Assembly: GCA_963813075.1 (NCBI GenBank)
Contig: CAWEXU010000005.1
Location: forward strand, 64,001-128,000
Source of the DNA: Methanotrichaceae archaeon
GTDB taxonomy: Archaea; Halobacteriota; Methanosarcinia; Methanotrichales; Methanotrichaceae
DNA: 64,000 nt
Reading direction: 5' to 3'
Under the pieces are notes generated by a model. That model was given only the letters and a program-made list of their open reading frames with translations, ran no database searches and was not told where the DNA came from. Positions 34,247-43,756 of the stretch are shown piece after piece. Each line of letters opens with the position of its first letter. The first letter of the stretch is position 1. The position numbers and the translations under genes were made by a program.

Positions 34247-34453
34247 CTGGCACGTCATCCGCTGGGTATCCGCAGTCAGGCCAGCAACCCTCGCAACGGG
34301 CGTCTGTACCGCATTTGGGTTGTCTCATGGTCATAGGTAGACATTAGTCAATATCCTACCATAAGGACCTATCAACGCGGCCTGTAGTCCCTATCCTGCA
34401 CCGGCACTCACAGCAGAACATATTCTAAGCTCGTGCCAGCCCTCGAAAGGGAC
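34247..34453 (-). ncRNA. Candidate structured ncRNA or leader upstream of tmk
   Basis: 5' CCCT-TTCG-AGGG hairpin, closing helix CTGGCACG/CGTGCCAG, nested helices with G-U pairs only on the minus strand; TTTATTAA box at 34475-34482. Confidence 0.5.
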
Positions 34454-34580
34454 GAATAAAGAATGTATTCCAGATTAATAAAGTTATCCATTTGCGATAT
34501 AATAATCAAATCATAAAGTGGTTATGCTGCCAGTAAGCTTTAAGTTGATGTTCTACATTAACAATGCTGAGGTGCTTTGT

Positions 34581-35516
34581 TTGACCGACAAGATCTATGT
34601 AATCGGGCACAAGAGTCCTGATACCGATTCTGTGACATCTGCCATAACCTATGCCAACCTGAAGAACGCCATGGGAATGAAGGAAGCTGTACCTGCTGCC
34701 GCAGGGGACATAAATGCCGAAACCAAGTTCCTGCTGGACTACTTCAAGGTCCCATACCCGGAGAAGCTCACCGACGCCACAGACAAGTTGGTGATCCTGG
34801 TAGACCATAATGAGATGGGTCAGGCGGTGGACAATCTCAATATGGAGAACATTGTGGAGATCGTGGACCACCACAAGATCGGCGGCCTGGCCACCGGAAA
34901 GCCCATATTCTTCCTGAATGAGCCGGTGGGCGCGACTGGCGGCATCATCGCGAACCTCTATGAGAAGAATAATGTGCCGATCAGCAAGGAGATGGCTGGC
35001 CTGATGATGTCCGCCATCCTCTCTGACACCGTCCTCTTCAAGTCACCCACCTGCACTCCTCGCGACAAGGCCGCGGTGGAGAAGCTGGCTAAAATTGCGG
35101 GCGTCGATCCGATGAATTTCGGCATGGAGCTGCTTAAAGCCAAGAGCGATGTCTCATCCAAGTCTGCCAAGGATATTCTCCTGGGAGACTTCAAGAAGTT
35201 CGACTTCTCCGGCATAAAGTCCGGCGTGGGCCAGATCGAGGTCATGGATCTTAAGGACCTGGAGCCCAAGAGGGCGGCAATCCTGGAAGAGATGAATAAG
35301 ATGAAGGATGCGGAAAAGCTGGACATGATCGTTCTCATGCTTACCGATGTAATGAAAGAGGCAAGCGACATTCTCTTCGTAGGAAATGCCCAGGCAGCGG
35401 CAGGATTTGAGAAGGCTTTCGGCGGCAAGATCCAGAATAACTCCATCTACAAGGAAAAGGTCCTCTCCAGGAAAAAGCAGGTCATCCCGCCCCTGGAAGG
35501 CGCCTTCAAGAAATAA
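34581..35516 (+). CDS. ppaC: Manganese-dependent inorganic pyrophosphatase (family II)
   Basis: GHKSPDTDS, LVDHNE, VDHHK, ILSDT, DFKKF, SRKKQVIP. Confidence 0.95.
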   Translation: MTDKIYVIGHKSPDTDSVTSAITYANLKNAMGMKEAVPAAAGDINAETKFLLDYFKVPYPEKLTDATDKLVILVDHNEMGQAVDNLNMENIVEIVDHHKIGGLATGKPIFFLNEPVGATGGIIANLYEKNNVPISKEMAGLMMSAILSDTVLFKSPTCTPRDKAAVEKLAKIAGVDPMNFGMELLKAKSDVSSKSAKDILLGDFKKFDFSGIKSGVGQIEVMDLKDLEPKRAAILEEMNKMKDAEKLDMIVLMLTDVMKEASDILFVGNAQAAAGFEKAFGGKIQNNSIYKEKVLSRKKQVIPPLEGAFKK

Positions 35517-35529
35517 AGCATCTGGATTT

Positions 35530-35620
35530 GGTGGCCGAGGGGCCACCTCTTGTTTTTCTCTTTTTCTTGTTTCCTCTTTTTCTTGTTTCCTATTTCCCTT
35601 TTTTTCTCCTCTATTTCTCC
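35530..35620 (+). terminator. Hairpin plus long pyrimidine tract
   Basis: GGTGGCC-GAGG-GGCCACC then ~70 nt T/C-rich tract between convergent ppaC and tiaS. Confidence 0.6.
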
Positions 35621-35648
35621 CGGCAATGTTTTTCGCAATTGGAGTGGT

Positions 35649-36929
35649 CTAGCGGCTGGGGTGGACCAATTGGCTGCTTTCTCTCAGGCGCACTAAAGGC
35701 ATGGAGAGATGGCGGCGAGCGCAGGGCGGCACCTCATAGAAGCCCGTCTCCAGCTCGCGGGCCCGATTCTCCATTTCGCGAGAGGGTGACCTGGTCTTGC
35801 AGCGGCGGCAGCGGTAGCCCTGGCCCTTGCCCGCGGACTCCATTCGTCTCTGGCATTGAGGGCACAATGGCGCAGCCTGAACCCATTCCGTAGCAAGATG
35901 GAGGACGTTGATCTTCTCCAGGTTCAGGGTTCCATCCCTGACTGAGCCATAGACCTCCAGCTCATCTCCTGACCGGAGATTTTTAATGATGTTGCGGAAG
36001 TTCTTGGTGGGCTCGAAGGCTGCGCACTCTATCCTGCCCTCTTTGCTCAGTCCCTCCCTCTCGCTCTGCTCACTCTGAAGGGTCAGGAACAGGTGTCCTC
36101 CCGCGATCGCCCTGGCCGGCCCGGCGAGGAAACCGTGCAGCCGGTAGCTCTGGCTATCCTTTGCCTGGCATATCTGGCCGTCCAGGATATGGGCATCTGT
36201 GCCCTGGTTGGTCTGATAGAGGACATACCTCTCCACCGGCTCAGATGTTATGGTCTCGAATGCCCTTCTGATGGCCACGGGATCCGAGCCCCTTATGCCG
36301 AAGAGGACGGGATCCGCGGAATGGGGGGCGAAGACCACCCTCTGGTTATGATGGTCCACCGTATCCCAGGTCAATGGATAGGTGAGCCTGTCCGCCTCCC
36401 ATACGGTGGCGGGATCTATGAACCTGGGCGTGCCCCAGCGCTTTCTTTCCCGGTAAGCTATCAGCTCATAGGTCCAGTCGGGCCCGTCCGCCCCCACGGC
36501 AGCCAGAGCGCCGATCAGACCCCTACCCTTCTTGAAGCCCCGGTACCATATCCCCTCTTCCTCCAGAAGGGACCGCGCGTCGTCTATCTGGAGGATTTGA
36601 GTGACTGCAGAGCGGTAGAAGGCCCTCATCCTCTCCGTCACCTCCTCCGCGATCACCAGGCCGGGATTGGTGTTGGCCCCGGAAAAGTCGGAAAGCTCCA
36701 ACAGTGTTTTGAGGGCGATCTTTTTCACCATATCCGGCCGGCTGCTTTTGAAGCAGAAGGCGAGGGCGGCATTGCCCCGGGTCTTGTAGCGGGCGCAGGG
36801 GTTGAGGCGGATGAGCCTGGGCAGGCCACAGATCTCTCCCCAGGGAACGAGCCTCTCCATGAGCACCCCGGCCAGATAGGTGGTGCACAGGCCCCTCTCA
36901 GAATCGGTATCATCTATTCCAATGAACAT
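35649..36929 (-). CDS. tiaS: tRNA(Ile2) 2-agmatinylcytidine synthetase
   Basis: IGIDDTDS..G.CTTY, RLNP...KTRGN, GRGLIGALAA, TNQGTD, C-terminal Zn ribbon, RRHLSMP. Confidence 0.95.
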   Translation of the reverse strand: MFIGIDDTDSERGLCTTYLAGVLMERLVPWGEICGLPRLIRLNPCARYKTRGNAALAFCFKSSRPDMVKKIALKTLLELSDFSGANTNPGLVIAEEVTERMRAFYRSAVTQILQIDDARSLLEEEGIWYRGFKKGRGLIGALAAVGADGPDWTYELIAYRERKRWGTPRFIDPATVWEADRLTYPLTWDTVDHHNQRVVFAPHSADPVLFGIRGSDPVAIRRAFETITSEPVERYVLYQTNQGTDAHILDGQICQAKDSQSYRLHGFLAGPARAIAGGHLFLTLQSEQSEREGLSKEGRIECAAFEPTKNFRNIIKNLRSGDELEVYGSVRDGTLNLEKINVLHLATEWVQAAPLCPQCQRRMESAGKGQGYRCRRCKTRSPSREMENRARELETGFYEVPPCARRHLSMPLVRLRESSQLVHPSR

Positions 36930-36965
36930 GGTCAAGCTTAAATAGCGGTCAAACGGACATATATA

Positions 36966-37907
36966 ATGATGGATAAGGAGCTTCTCGCCACCCAGGTGGA
37001 GGAGGTTTTGAGAGAGGCAGGATTCAGTACCTCTGACCGCTGCTATCTCCGTCCCAGGAGCTTCGACCTGGCAGCCAGAAGAGGAGATCAGTTCCTGTTC
37101 CTGAAGATCCTCTCCAATATCGATGGCCTGAATGAGCGCACGGCTCTGGAGATCAGGCGTCTGGCCAAGCACCTCTTAGGCAGCCCTATACTGGTGGGAG
37201 AGAAGACCCGCGACCAGTACCTGGAGAGGGGGGCGGTCTACTTCCGCTATGGCATTCCCACCCTCAGCCTGTTCACTCTGGCAGACTGCCTCTTGGAGGG
37301 GGCATTGCCACTGGTCTATGCGGCGCACGGCGGCCTTTATGTGCGCATCGATGGGGGCAGGATGAGGCAGATCCGGTTGGCTCGAGGCATATCTTTGGGG
37401 GCCCTGGCCACAGATCTAGGCGTCTCCCGCCGGACTATCAGCAAGTACGAGGCAGAGGACATGGACACCTCGGTGGATGTGGCCCTGAAGCTGGAGGAGA
37501 TCTTCAATGAGGAGTTGATCGAGCCGGTCGATCCCTTCCAGAGCGAGGTGGTGGCAGAGGAGAAGGCAGAGGTGAAGGGGCCGGTGACGGACAACATCCT
37601 CCGCCTGCTCCTTGAGATCGGCTTTGAGGTGGTCCCCACCGCCCAGGCGCCCTTCAATGCCATAAGCAGGGAGGGAAACCTGGTGGTCCTCACCGGTGTT
37701 GGCAAGTTCTCCCAGAGCATAGTCAAGAAGGCCCGGCTGATGAGCAGCCTCTCCTCCGTCGCCCGCACCAAGTCGGTGGTGATAGTGGACGGGGAGACCA
37801 AGCTGGAGTGCATCGAGGAGACTGCGCTGATCGAGAAGAGGGAGCTGGAGGACATCGACGAGACGCGGGACTTTGAGGACCTGGTGGCGGAAAAGCAGAG
37901 CAAGTGA
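36966..37907 (+). CDS. Archaeal HTH (Cro/C1-type) transcriptional regulator
   Basis: SFDLAAR, KILSNID, GGLYVRIDG, SLGALATDLGVSRRTISKYE. Confidence 0.85.
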   Translation: MMDKELLATQVEEVLREAGFSTSDRCYLRPRSFDLAARRGDQFLFLKILSNIDGLNERTALEIRRLAKHLLGSPILVGEKTRDQYLERGAVYFRYGIPTLSLFTLADCLLEGALPLVYAAHGGLYVRIDGGRMRQIRLARGISLGALATDLGVSRRTISKYEAEDMDTSVDVALKLEEIFNEELIEPVDPFQSEVVAEEKAEVKGPVTDNILRLLLEIGFEVVPTAQAPFNAISREGNLVVLTGVGKFSQSIVKKARLMSSLSSVARTKSVVIVDGETKLECIEETALIEKRELEDIDETRDFEDLVAEKQSK

Positions 37908-37914
37908 TTGAGAG

Positions 37915-38145
37915 GTGTTTTCGGTGGGTGCTAAGGCGCTCGGCTCATTGCTGATACTTACAGCGCCTGTTGTATCCGCTACTGGGCAGCAGACTGCTGA
38001 TGAATGGAATGATAAAGGCATAGCTCTCGGATATCAGGGCAAGTATGATGATGCAATAGCGGCTTTTGATAAGGCCATTGAGATTGATCCAAAACATGCA
38101 AATGCCTGGATCATCAAAGGCAGACCTCATAGAGTCTGTAATCAG
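37915..38145 (+). pseudogene. TPR protein, 5' fragment
   Basis: Signal-like N-terminus then ADEWNDKGIALGYQGKYDDAIAAFDKAIEIDPKHANAW, after which TPR similarity stops. Confidence 0.65.
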
Positions 38146-38299
38146 TGTCACCCCCTGGGGTCTTTTGCTGCCTGCATCCCGCCGTCGCTCCCTTTTTGCT
38201 TCATGCCTCTATCTTCCCCCTAAGTTAGCTCGTTAATGGGCCGAATACACCGAAAAGCTTTTACCAGGCGGATACTTAGTATATGTTGTTAATAGCTCA

Positions 38300-38353
38300 C
38301 AGGCGGCGGGGACTTTATCCCCTCGAAAACAGCGGTCAACCGCTTGCCGCCTG
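38300..38353 (+). ncRNA. Candidate three-way-junction small RNA convergent on the NYN gene
   Basis: CAGGCGGC/GCCGCCTG enclosing GGGGA/TCCCC and AGCGG/CCGCT hairpins; BRE/TATA-like GAAAAGCTTTTA at 38252-38263; strand uncertain. Confidence 0.45.
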
Positions 38354-38361
38354 GTTAATTA

Positions 38362-38937
38362 CTACCTATTATCACGCTCGATTTTGTCTAGAATTTCCTC
38401 AAGGTCAATGAAGCGATCTGCCAATCGTATCAAGTCTTTGCTGATGCCCTGACTTCTGAAGTACGCAATTTCCACGATTAATCCACGTCTTTGAATTTCG
38501 TCTATTGCTTTGTGGTAATCCAGATCGCCGGATACGATTGTGGCTACGTCGTAAGCTCCGGTTGTTGCCAGAGATAGCATGTCAGACACTAAGGCGACGT
38601 CTACGCCTTTTTCTACATCTCTTTCGATAGTGGTAGTCTCTCCGCAATTTTCACATTTGAATTCGAATTTCCTTTTTCTCAGAGGTATTATCGAATTCTT
38701 AAATCCGGAATATTCTAAATAATGATAATAGCCCATCTCTTTGTCTATCGCCTTTTTTAATTCAATATCATTGTTTGGGTTAGGTGGTATCGAGTTGTAA
38801 TAGTACACTCTTTTTAGTTTACGCCCTTCTGCTAATACATCTCTAAGCTTAACGCAATCAATCTGTACATGGAGCTTGCGTGCTCCACCCATCAGGTTTT
38901 GGCCGTCAATAAAGATCATTAAGCGGTCTTCAGTCAT
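38362..38937 (-). CDS. NYN (LabA/DUF88, PIN-like) domain ribonuclease
   Basis: IFIDGQNL, YYY, EKGVDVALVSDM, IVSGDLDY, ADRFIDL; CENC insert; AT-rich. Confidence 0.9.
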   Translation of the reverse strand: MTEDRLMIFIDGQNLMGGARKLHVQIDCVKLRDVLAEGRKLKRVYYYNSIPPNPNNDIELKKAIDKEMGYYHYLEYSGFKNSIIPLRKRKFEFKCENCGETTTIERDVEKGVDVALVSDMLSLATTGAYDVATIVSGDLDYHKAIDEIQRRGLIVEIAYFRSQGISKDLIRLADRFIDLEEILDKIERDNR

Positions 38938-39081
38938 TAAGATCGATTTGGTATCTTGCAGATATACAGGTTGCGGGCTGCCGCGTATGGCAGAGAGAGG
39001 GGCAGGCATCAATCTGCCTGCTCCAGCATGTTGCTCATTCCTCATCTATATCCGCAAAGTTAATCCCATGATCCCCAGGGT

Positions 39082-39150
39082 AAGGCGGCATTTGATAAGG
39101 CTATTGAGATCGATTCAGGATTAGCGGCGTTGCCCTGATAACAGGGGGCG
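39082..39150 (+). pseudogene. TPR protein, degenerate 3' fragment
   Basis: KAAFDKAIEIDSGL; DNA resembles 38059-38090. Confidence 0.5.
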
Positions 39151-39305
39151 CGGAGGGTCAGGAATACCAAGAGCTTCATGCCGGTCTCTTTCGACCGTCC
39201 TGCAATTGATCATAATGATATCGTTTGCACAGCTGCTGCTCTGATACTGCACACATACATTGATCTATTCCGCGGCTCAATTACATGCCTGAAGGCAGTG
39301 TTCTC

Positions 39306-40277
39306 ATGAAATCGCTCAAGGACAGAATCAGGGAATCGGGACGGGTATTCGTCTTTGGCATAGCAGGAGACAGCGGCTCGGGCAAGACCACCATCTCCCG
39401 GGGAATCAGAAGGATCCTGGGGGAGGATATGGTGGCCACCTTCTCCATGGACGACTACCACTCACTGGACCGAAAAGAGAGGAAGGAGAGAAACATCACT
39501 CCCCTCCATCCCGAGGCCAATCAGTTCGATCTTCTGGCAGAGCACCTGGAGGCCTTGCGGCGAGGGGAGAGGATCAATAAGCCCGTTTATGATCACAGCA
39601 CGGGAGAGATCGCGGGGACGGTGCCCTTCGGACCGGCGCCGGTGATAATCGTTGAGGGCCTTCATCCCCTCTACACCGAAAGGCTGAGAGGCCAGATCGA
39701 CTTCAAGATATTCGTCGACCCCTCCCGCTCGGTCAAGAGGCTGTGGAAGATCAGGAGGGATGTGGGCGATCGGGGCTATGAGGCGGGGCAGGTGATGGCG
39801 GAGATCCTGCAGCGCGAGCCGGACTACAAGCTCTATGTGGACATCCAGAAGATCTATGCCGAGATTGTGATCAAGATCCAGGACTCCCGCTTTCATCCCT
39901 CACTTCTTGATTCCCAGCCCAACCTGGACTGGTACTCGGTGCGGCTGATCATGGAGATCATGGAGCATCCGGTCTCTGAGGTGGGGATGAACATCGATCT
40001 CTCCAAGATCCTGCGCCGCTCGGAGCACGAGTTCTCCATAGAGTTTCAGCGGGACGACTACTACGGAAAGAGGGTGGGGATCATGACCATGGACGGGGAG
40101 ATTCATCAGTCCATGATTGCAGAGCTGGAAAAGAAGCTTGGCCAGTCCCTGGGAACGGACGGCTTGATAAGCGACCGGCGGGAGGAGTACGTCAATGCCA
40201 TCGGCCTGGCCCAGCTGATCTTAACCTGGAACTGCACTGAGAAGCTGGACTATCTGCTGCGGGAGGAAGGCTATTAG
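39306..40277 (+). CDS. prk: Phosphoribulokinase (archaeal type)
   Basis: GIAGDSGSGKTT, DDYHSLDR..R...ITPL.PEAN, KPVYDH..G, EGLHP, WKIRRD...RG. Confidence 0.88.
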   Translation: MKSLKDRIRESGRVFVFGIAGDSGSGKTTISRGIRRILGEDMVATFSMDDYHSLDRKERKERNITPLHPEANQFDLLAEHLEALRRGERINKPVYDHSTGEIAGTVPFGPAPVIIVEGLHPLYTERLRGQIDFKIFVDPSRSVKRLWKIRRDVGDRGYEAGQVMAEILQREPDYKLYVDIQKIYAEIVIKIQDSRFHPSLLDSQPNLDWYSVRLIMEIMEHPVSEVGMNIDLSKILRRSEHEFSIEFQRDDYYGKRVGIMTMDGEIHQSMIAELEKKLGQSLGTDGLISDRREEYVNAIGLAQLILTWNCTEKLDYLLREEGY

Positions 40278-40471
40278 GTTCATGAGCAGTGGTTCCTGAG
40301 GATCGGCCACAAGCCCGGGGTAAAGCGAGAAAATAGATGGGCGACCAGATGGCAAAAGGCGGACTATCGGGCCGATGTCATCCGCCATAAGTGCTTGAGG
40401 GTGGGGCGGTCCAGAGGTGATAATGGGTTGAGCCGCAGCTTCTGGATCGCCTCCGCCGGACGATAGGACCT

Positions 40472-40735
40472 TCAGCCTCTTTTCTTCATCTCTTTTTCTA
40501 TCTCCGCTCCCGCCTCGGTCAGGCCCCAGATGCCGTTCTCTTCGGAGACCAGATCCCGCTCTGCCATCTCCGCCAGGATCTTCTTGACCGACGGGGCGGG
40601 GACATGGGTGAACTTGGCCACCTTGTCTGACTCCATCTTCCCCTTGGAGCCCAGGATCTGAACAACCCTTTCCCGCTGCTTGTTTCCCATAATGAAACCC
40701 ATAATTGCATCCAGGTCATCTACCATATTTTCCAC
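40472..40735 (-). CDS. Small winged-helix protein/transcriptional regulator
   Basis: RERVVQILG...VAKFTHVPAPSVKKILAEMAERDLV...WGLTEAG. Confidence 0.7.
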   Translation of the reverse strand: MENMVDDLDAIMGFIMGNKQRERVVQILGSKGKMESDKVAKFTHVPAPSVKKILAEMAERDLVSEENGIWGLTEAGAEIEKEMKKRG

Positions 40736-40782
40736 CTCTTTTTGCGTTAGCTTTATTAGCTGTACACCTCAATGTTAAAAGT

Positions 40783-41095
40783 GGCGGGCAGTCCGGGTGG
40801 TTCGGCGTCACCTATAACCCGAAATCGTCGATACGCGGGGGGCGAAGCTGACGGAAGACCTCGGGCGCTGTGCGTTCAGTCCAGCGGCCAACTATGATTC
40901 TCCGTCCTGTAGGGATGGCACCGGTCCATGGGTCCTTCTGAGGAATGATCCATGTACCATAATTGCAGGAACCGGTTCAGGCCCGGAAGGGAGCAGACCC
41001 ACTGCGGGTAACTATCGCTTATAGGTATAAGGGGAGGAGGAGGCCGCGGGAAAAACTGGCGCACAAGCCGGGGGGCAACCGCCGGCGTGCCTGCC
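40783..41095 (+). ncRNA. ffs: Signal recognition particle (7S) RNA
   Basis: Helix-8 motif TCAGGCCCGGAAGGGAGCAG; Alu-like 5' part with TATAACCCG; terminal helix GGCGGGCA/TGCCTGCC; ~313 nt; TTTATTA box upstream. Confidence 0.92.
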
Positions 41096-41265
41096 ATTTG
41101 ATCTAATGGATAATTTAATGTCCAGTTTTATTTCAATCTCGCTGAATACAAATAGATTATAGCGTTACCCGTTTGCGTATCTTTGAATGGGAAGGCGAAA
41201 GATGGAAGAGATCTGGGAAGGAGAGCAATAACCAAATAGCACAACGAACACATATCAGGGATGGC

Positions 41266-41723
41266 ATGAAACTGAAGATCACTATAACCGGCCCCAAGGT
41301 GCATGATGTGGGCTATAGACCCTGCCTTGCTGAGATAGCCATGCGCCTGGCTCTTCGAGGTTTTGAGGTCTACAATGACGATGATGATGGACAACAGGCA
41401 GTTATAGCCCTGGTCGAAGGCGACGAGCAGAGAATCATGAAATTCCACAACTCGGCTATTTTGGTGCGACCTGCACTCGCCAAAGCGGATAATGTGCGAT
41501 CAGAGGACTTCAACGGCGACGTCATGCCTTTATGGCAATTTGCATCGATAAACACGGCATCTCAGATGAATAAGGCGATTCCAATCCTAATGGCCGTGCA
41601 AGAGAATACCGACAAAATCAAGAAGATACCAGTGGCATGCGAGAAGACATTCCCGGCTATGTAATGCAGTTCAGACAGATGCAGGTGGATGTTAAAGAGA
41701 TAAAAGAGCGCCTGGGCATGTAG
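41266..41723 (+). CDS. Acylphosphatase-like domain protein with coiled-coil tail (frameshift ~41620)
   Basis: ITGPKVHDVGYR, LRGFEVYN, VEGD; tail QFRQMQVDVKEIKERLGM in next frame. Confidence 0.75.
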
Positions 41724-41855
41724 GCTAAGTCGTTGACGGGAGATAGAGTATCCAATTTTCCACCTGCGCAACCTAAAAATAGCCATCAAATGTTGGCCAA
41801 TTTCAGATACTGCTTTTGGAAATTGCGCAAATTATCTCCCGTCAATCTCTAAGGC

Positions 41856-42437
41856 ATGATCATGGCTGTTTTAGAGAGTCTGGGCTGACCGTTTAACCCT
41901 CCCCTGAAAACATTCATATATACCCCTGCATAATATTGCTCTCCGGTTGATACCATCTCCGTCAATTCCCTGCGCCCTGCGATCTTCTTTGACCTGACCC
42001 TTACCCTGCTTGGGAAGATAAACGAGCAGTACCATCTCTATAGCGATGCACTGGATACTCTGAAGGCGCTGCGTGAGCGGGGCTACCGGCTGGGAGTGAT
42101 CTCCAACCTGTCTGAAGGGGTGACCGTTGACGAGGTGCACTCCTTTTTGGAGGAATGCAGCATCGCCTCATTTATCGACTCCGACTTGATCGTCTTCTCC
42201 TCTGAGCACCCCGAGTGTATAAAGAAGCCGGACAAGCAGATCTTCGACCTGGCCCTGGAAAAGAGTGGTCTGATGAGGGCAGGAAGCAGCACCATCTTTG
42301 TGACCGAGGAGTATGACCACATCCTGGCCGCTCGGAGCTATGGCTGGAGGGCGATACTGAAGCGAAATTGGGGCCAATGCAGGCCGGAAGATGGTGAATG
42401 CGTGCACAGCCTCTCCGAACTGCTTAGACTGCTGTGA
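41856..42437 (+). pseudogene. HAD family hydrolase, 5' half scrambled
   Basis: LKALRERGYRLGVISN, KKPDKQIF, DHILAARSYGW intact; N-terminal part has multiple indels and stops. Confidence 0.6.
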
Positions 42438-42561
42438 CCGATCATAAATTCTGATATAATTTTATAATTAACGTGGCCTTCTGAATTCCGCTTGTCCAAT
42501 GATTAATTGAGAAATTAGACCAAAGAAATTTATTAATATGAATATCACACCAGTTAGAGCT

Positions 42562-43080
42562 ATGAATCAGAAAGTGATTTCCGGCGCTGTGATCTTTCTT
42601 GTCGGTGTGGCGATCAACATATACAATAATAGCCATGCAATTGAAAGAGGTGCCTACCGCATATCGTTATTCGCAATCGTCTTTGGCCTGATCACCATAA
42701 TAAGCGCCCTGGCGGATGAGAAGCGTTCAAAAGAGAAGAAAGAGTTAATGGAAAGGGCTTCCCTGGGACAGGTGACCCGAGAGGACTGGCTCGCTAGAGG
42801 GGCTGAATCCTTCCACATGCATGAGTATGATGATGCCTTGAAATCCTTCGACATGGCCCTGAAGATGGATCCGAACTATGCCGATGCCTGGATCAATAAA
42901 GGCTCTGCCCTTCACGAGCTTGGGATGTATCGTGACGCCATTGCCGCTTACGATCAGGCCACCCGGATAGAGCCGCAAAACGCCAATGCCTGGAAACGCA
43001 TGGGATACGCTCTCAAGAAGCTCGATCGGAACAGTGAGGCCAAAGAGGCATTCTCTAAAGCAGAAGAGCTTGGAAATTAG
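42562..43080 (+). CDS. Membrane-anchored TPR protein
   Basis: Two TM helices then TPRs (DPNYADAWINKGSAL, EPQNANAWKRMG). Confidence 0.85.
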   Translation: MNQKVISGAVIFLVGVAINIYNNSHAIERGAYRISLFAIVFGLITIISALADEKRSKEKKELMERASLGQVTREDWLARGAESFHMHEYDDALKSFDMALKMDPNYADAWINKGSALHELGMYRDAIAAYDQATRIEPQNANAWKRMGYALKKLDRNSEAKEAFSKAEELGN

Positions 43081-43124
43081 CGCTGATTATGCACCTTCAG
43101 AAAAAAAAGTTTATGAGCGGCGCA

Positions 43125-43682
43125 TCAGATCCATCTGAGCACCTTCACCGCCCTTGGCTTTGCCTCCGGGACCTCCCTTGGATAGCCGAAGATCAGCGGG
43201 GCTATCAGCTCGTGGTCCTCGGGTATCCCGATCCCGGCCAGAACTTCCGGGACCTGGTTTAAGACCGTGGCAAATCCTATGAAGCAGCTTCCCAGTCCCT
43301 CCTGGTAGGCAGCGAGGAACATGTTCTGGGCCGCCAGGCCGCAGTCTAAGAGGTTCACCGTCCGCCAATCGGGATTCTTCGGGACGCTGATGAGAATAAG
43401 CAGAGGTGCGCCATAGAAGACCACATCCTGACCCGACTTGAATGCTTTTTTGAGCTCTTCTGGGAGGGGCATGCTCTTCATCACCAGCTCCCCCGTCTTC
43501 CGAGAGAGGCTATCCATGACCTCCCGGTCCTGGATGACTGTGAACCTCCAGGGCTGCATGTTCATTCCCGAGGGGGCCCATACGGCAGCATCAAGCAACC
43601 GGTCGATGACCTCTTTGGGAACAGTCCGGTCCAGGTAGCTTCTCACGCTTCTTCTGCCTTTAATGCAAAGATCCAGCTCCAT
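43125..43682 (-). CDS. Nitroreductase family protein
   Basis: RRSVRSY, APSGMNMQPW, DCGLAAQNMFLAA..GLGSC.IG. Confidence 0.92.
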   Translation of the reverse strand: MELDLCIKGRRSVRSYLDRTVPKEVIDRLLDAAVWAPSGMNMQPWRFTVIQDREVMDSLSRKTGELVMKSMPLPEELKKAFKSGQDVVFYGAPLLILISVPKNPDWRTVNLLDCGLAAQNMFLAAYQEGLGSCFIGFATVLNQVPEVLAGIGIPEDHELIAPLIFGYPREVPEAKPRAVKVLRWI

Positions 43683-43756
43683 GGCTGAATGGTTGCCTCT
43701 GACCGATATTAAAAGCTATCACCAGGAAAAATAGAGGATGACTGCAATGATCAGAA

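Noticed and set aside
34255..34335. TPP riboswitch (TGAGA...CCTGA...GCG resemblance on the minus strand)
   Set aside because: The P4 partner AGG and the P2 pairing are missing, and the downstream gene is unrelated to thiamine
36930..37172. N-terminal extension of tiaS in the ORF track
   Set aside because: It overlaps the divergent regulator gene; the family starts at MFIGIDDTD
38300..38353. Hammerhead ribozyme
   Set aside because: The three-way junction contains GAAA but has no CUGANGA core on either strand
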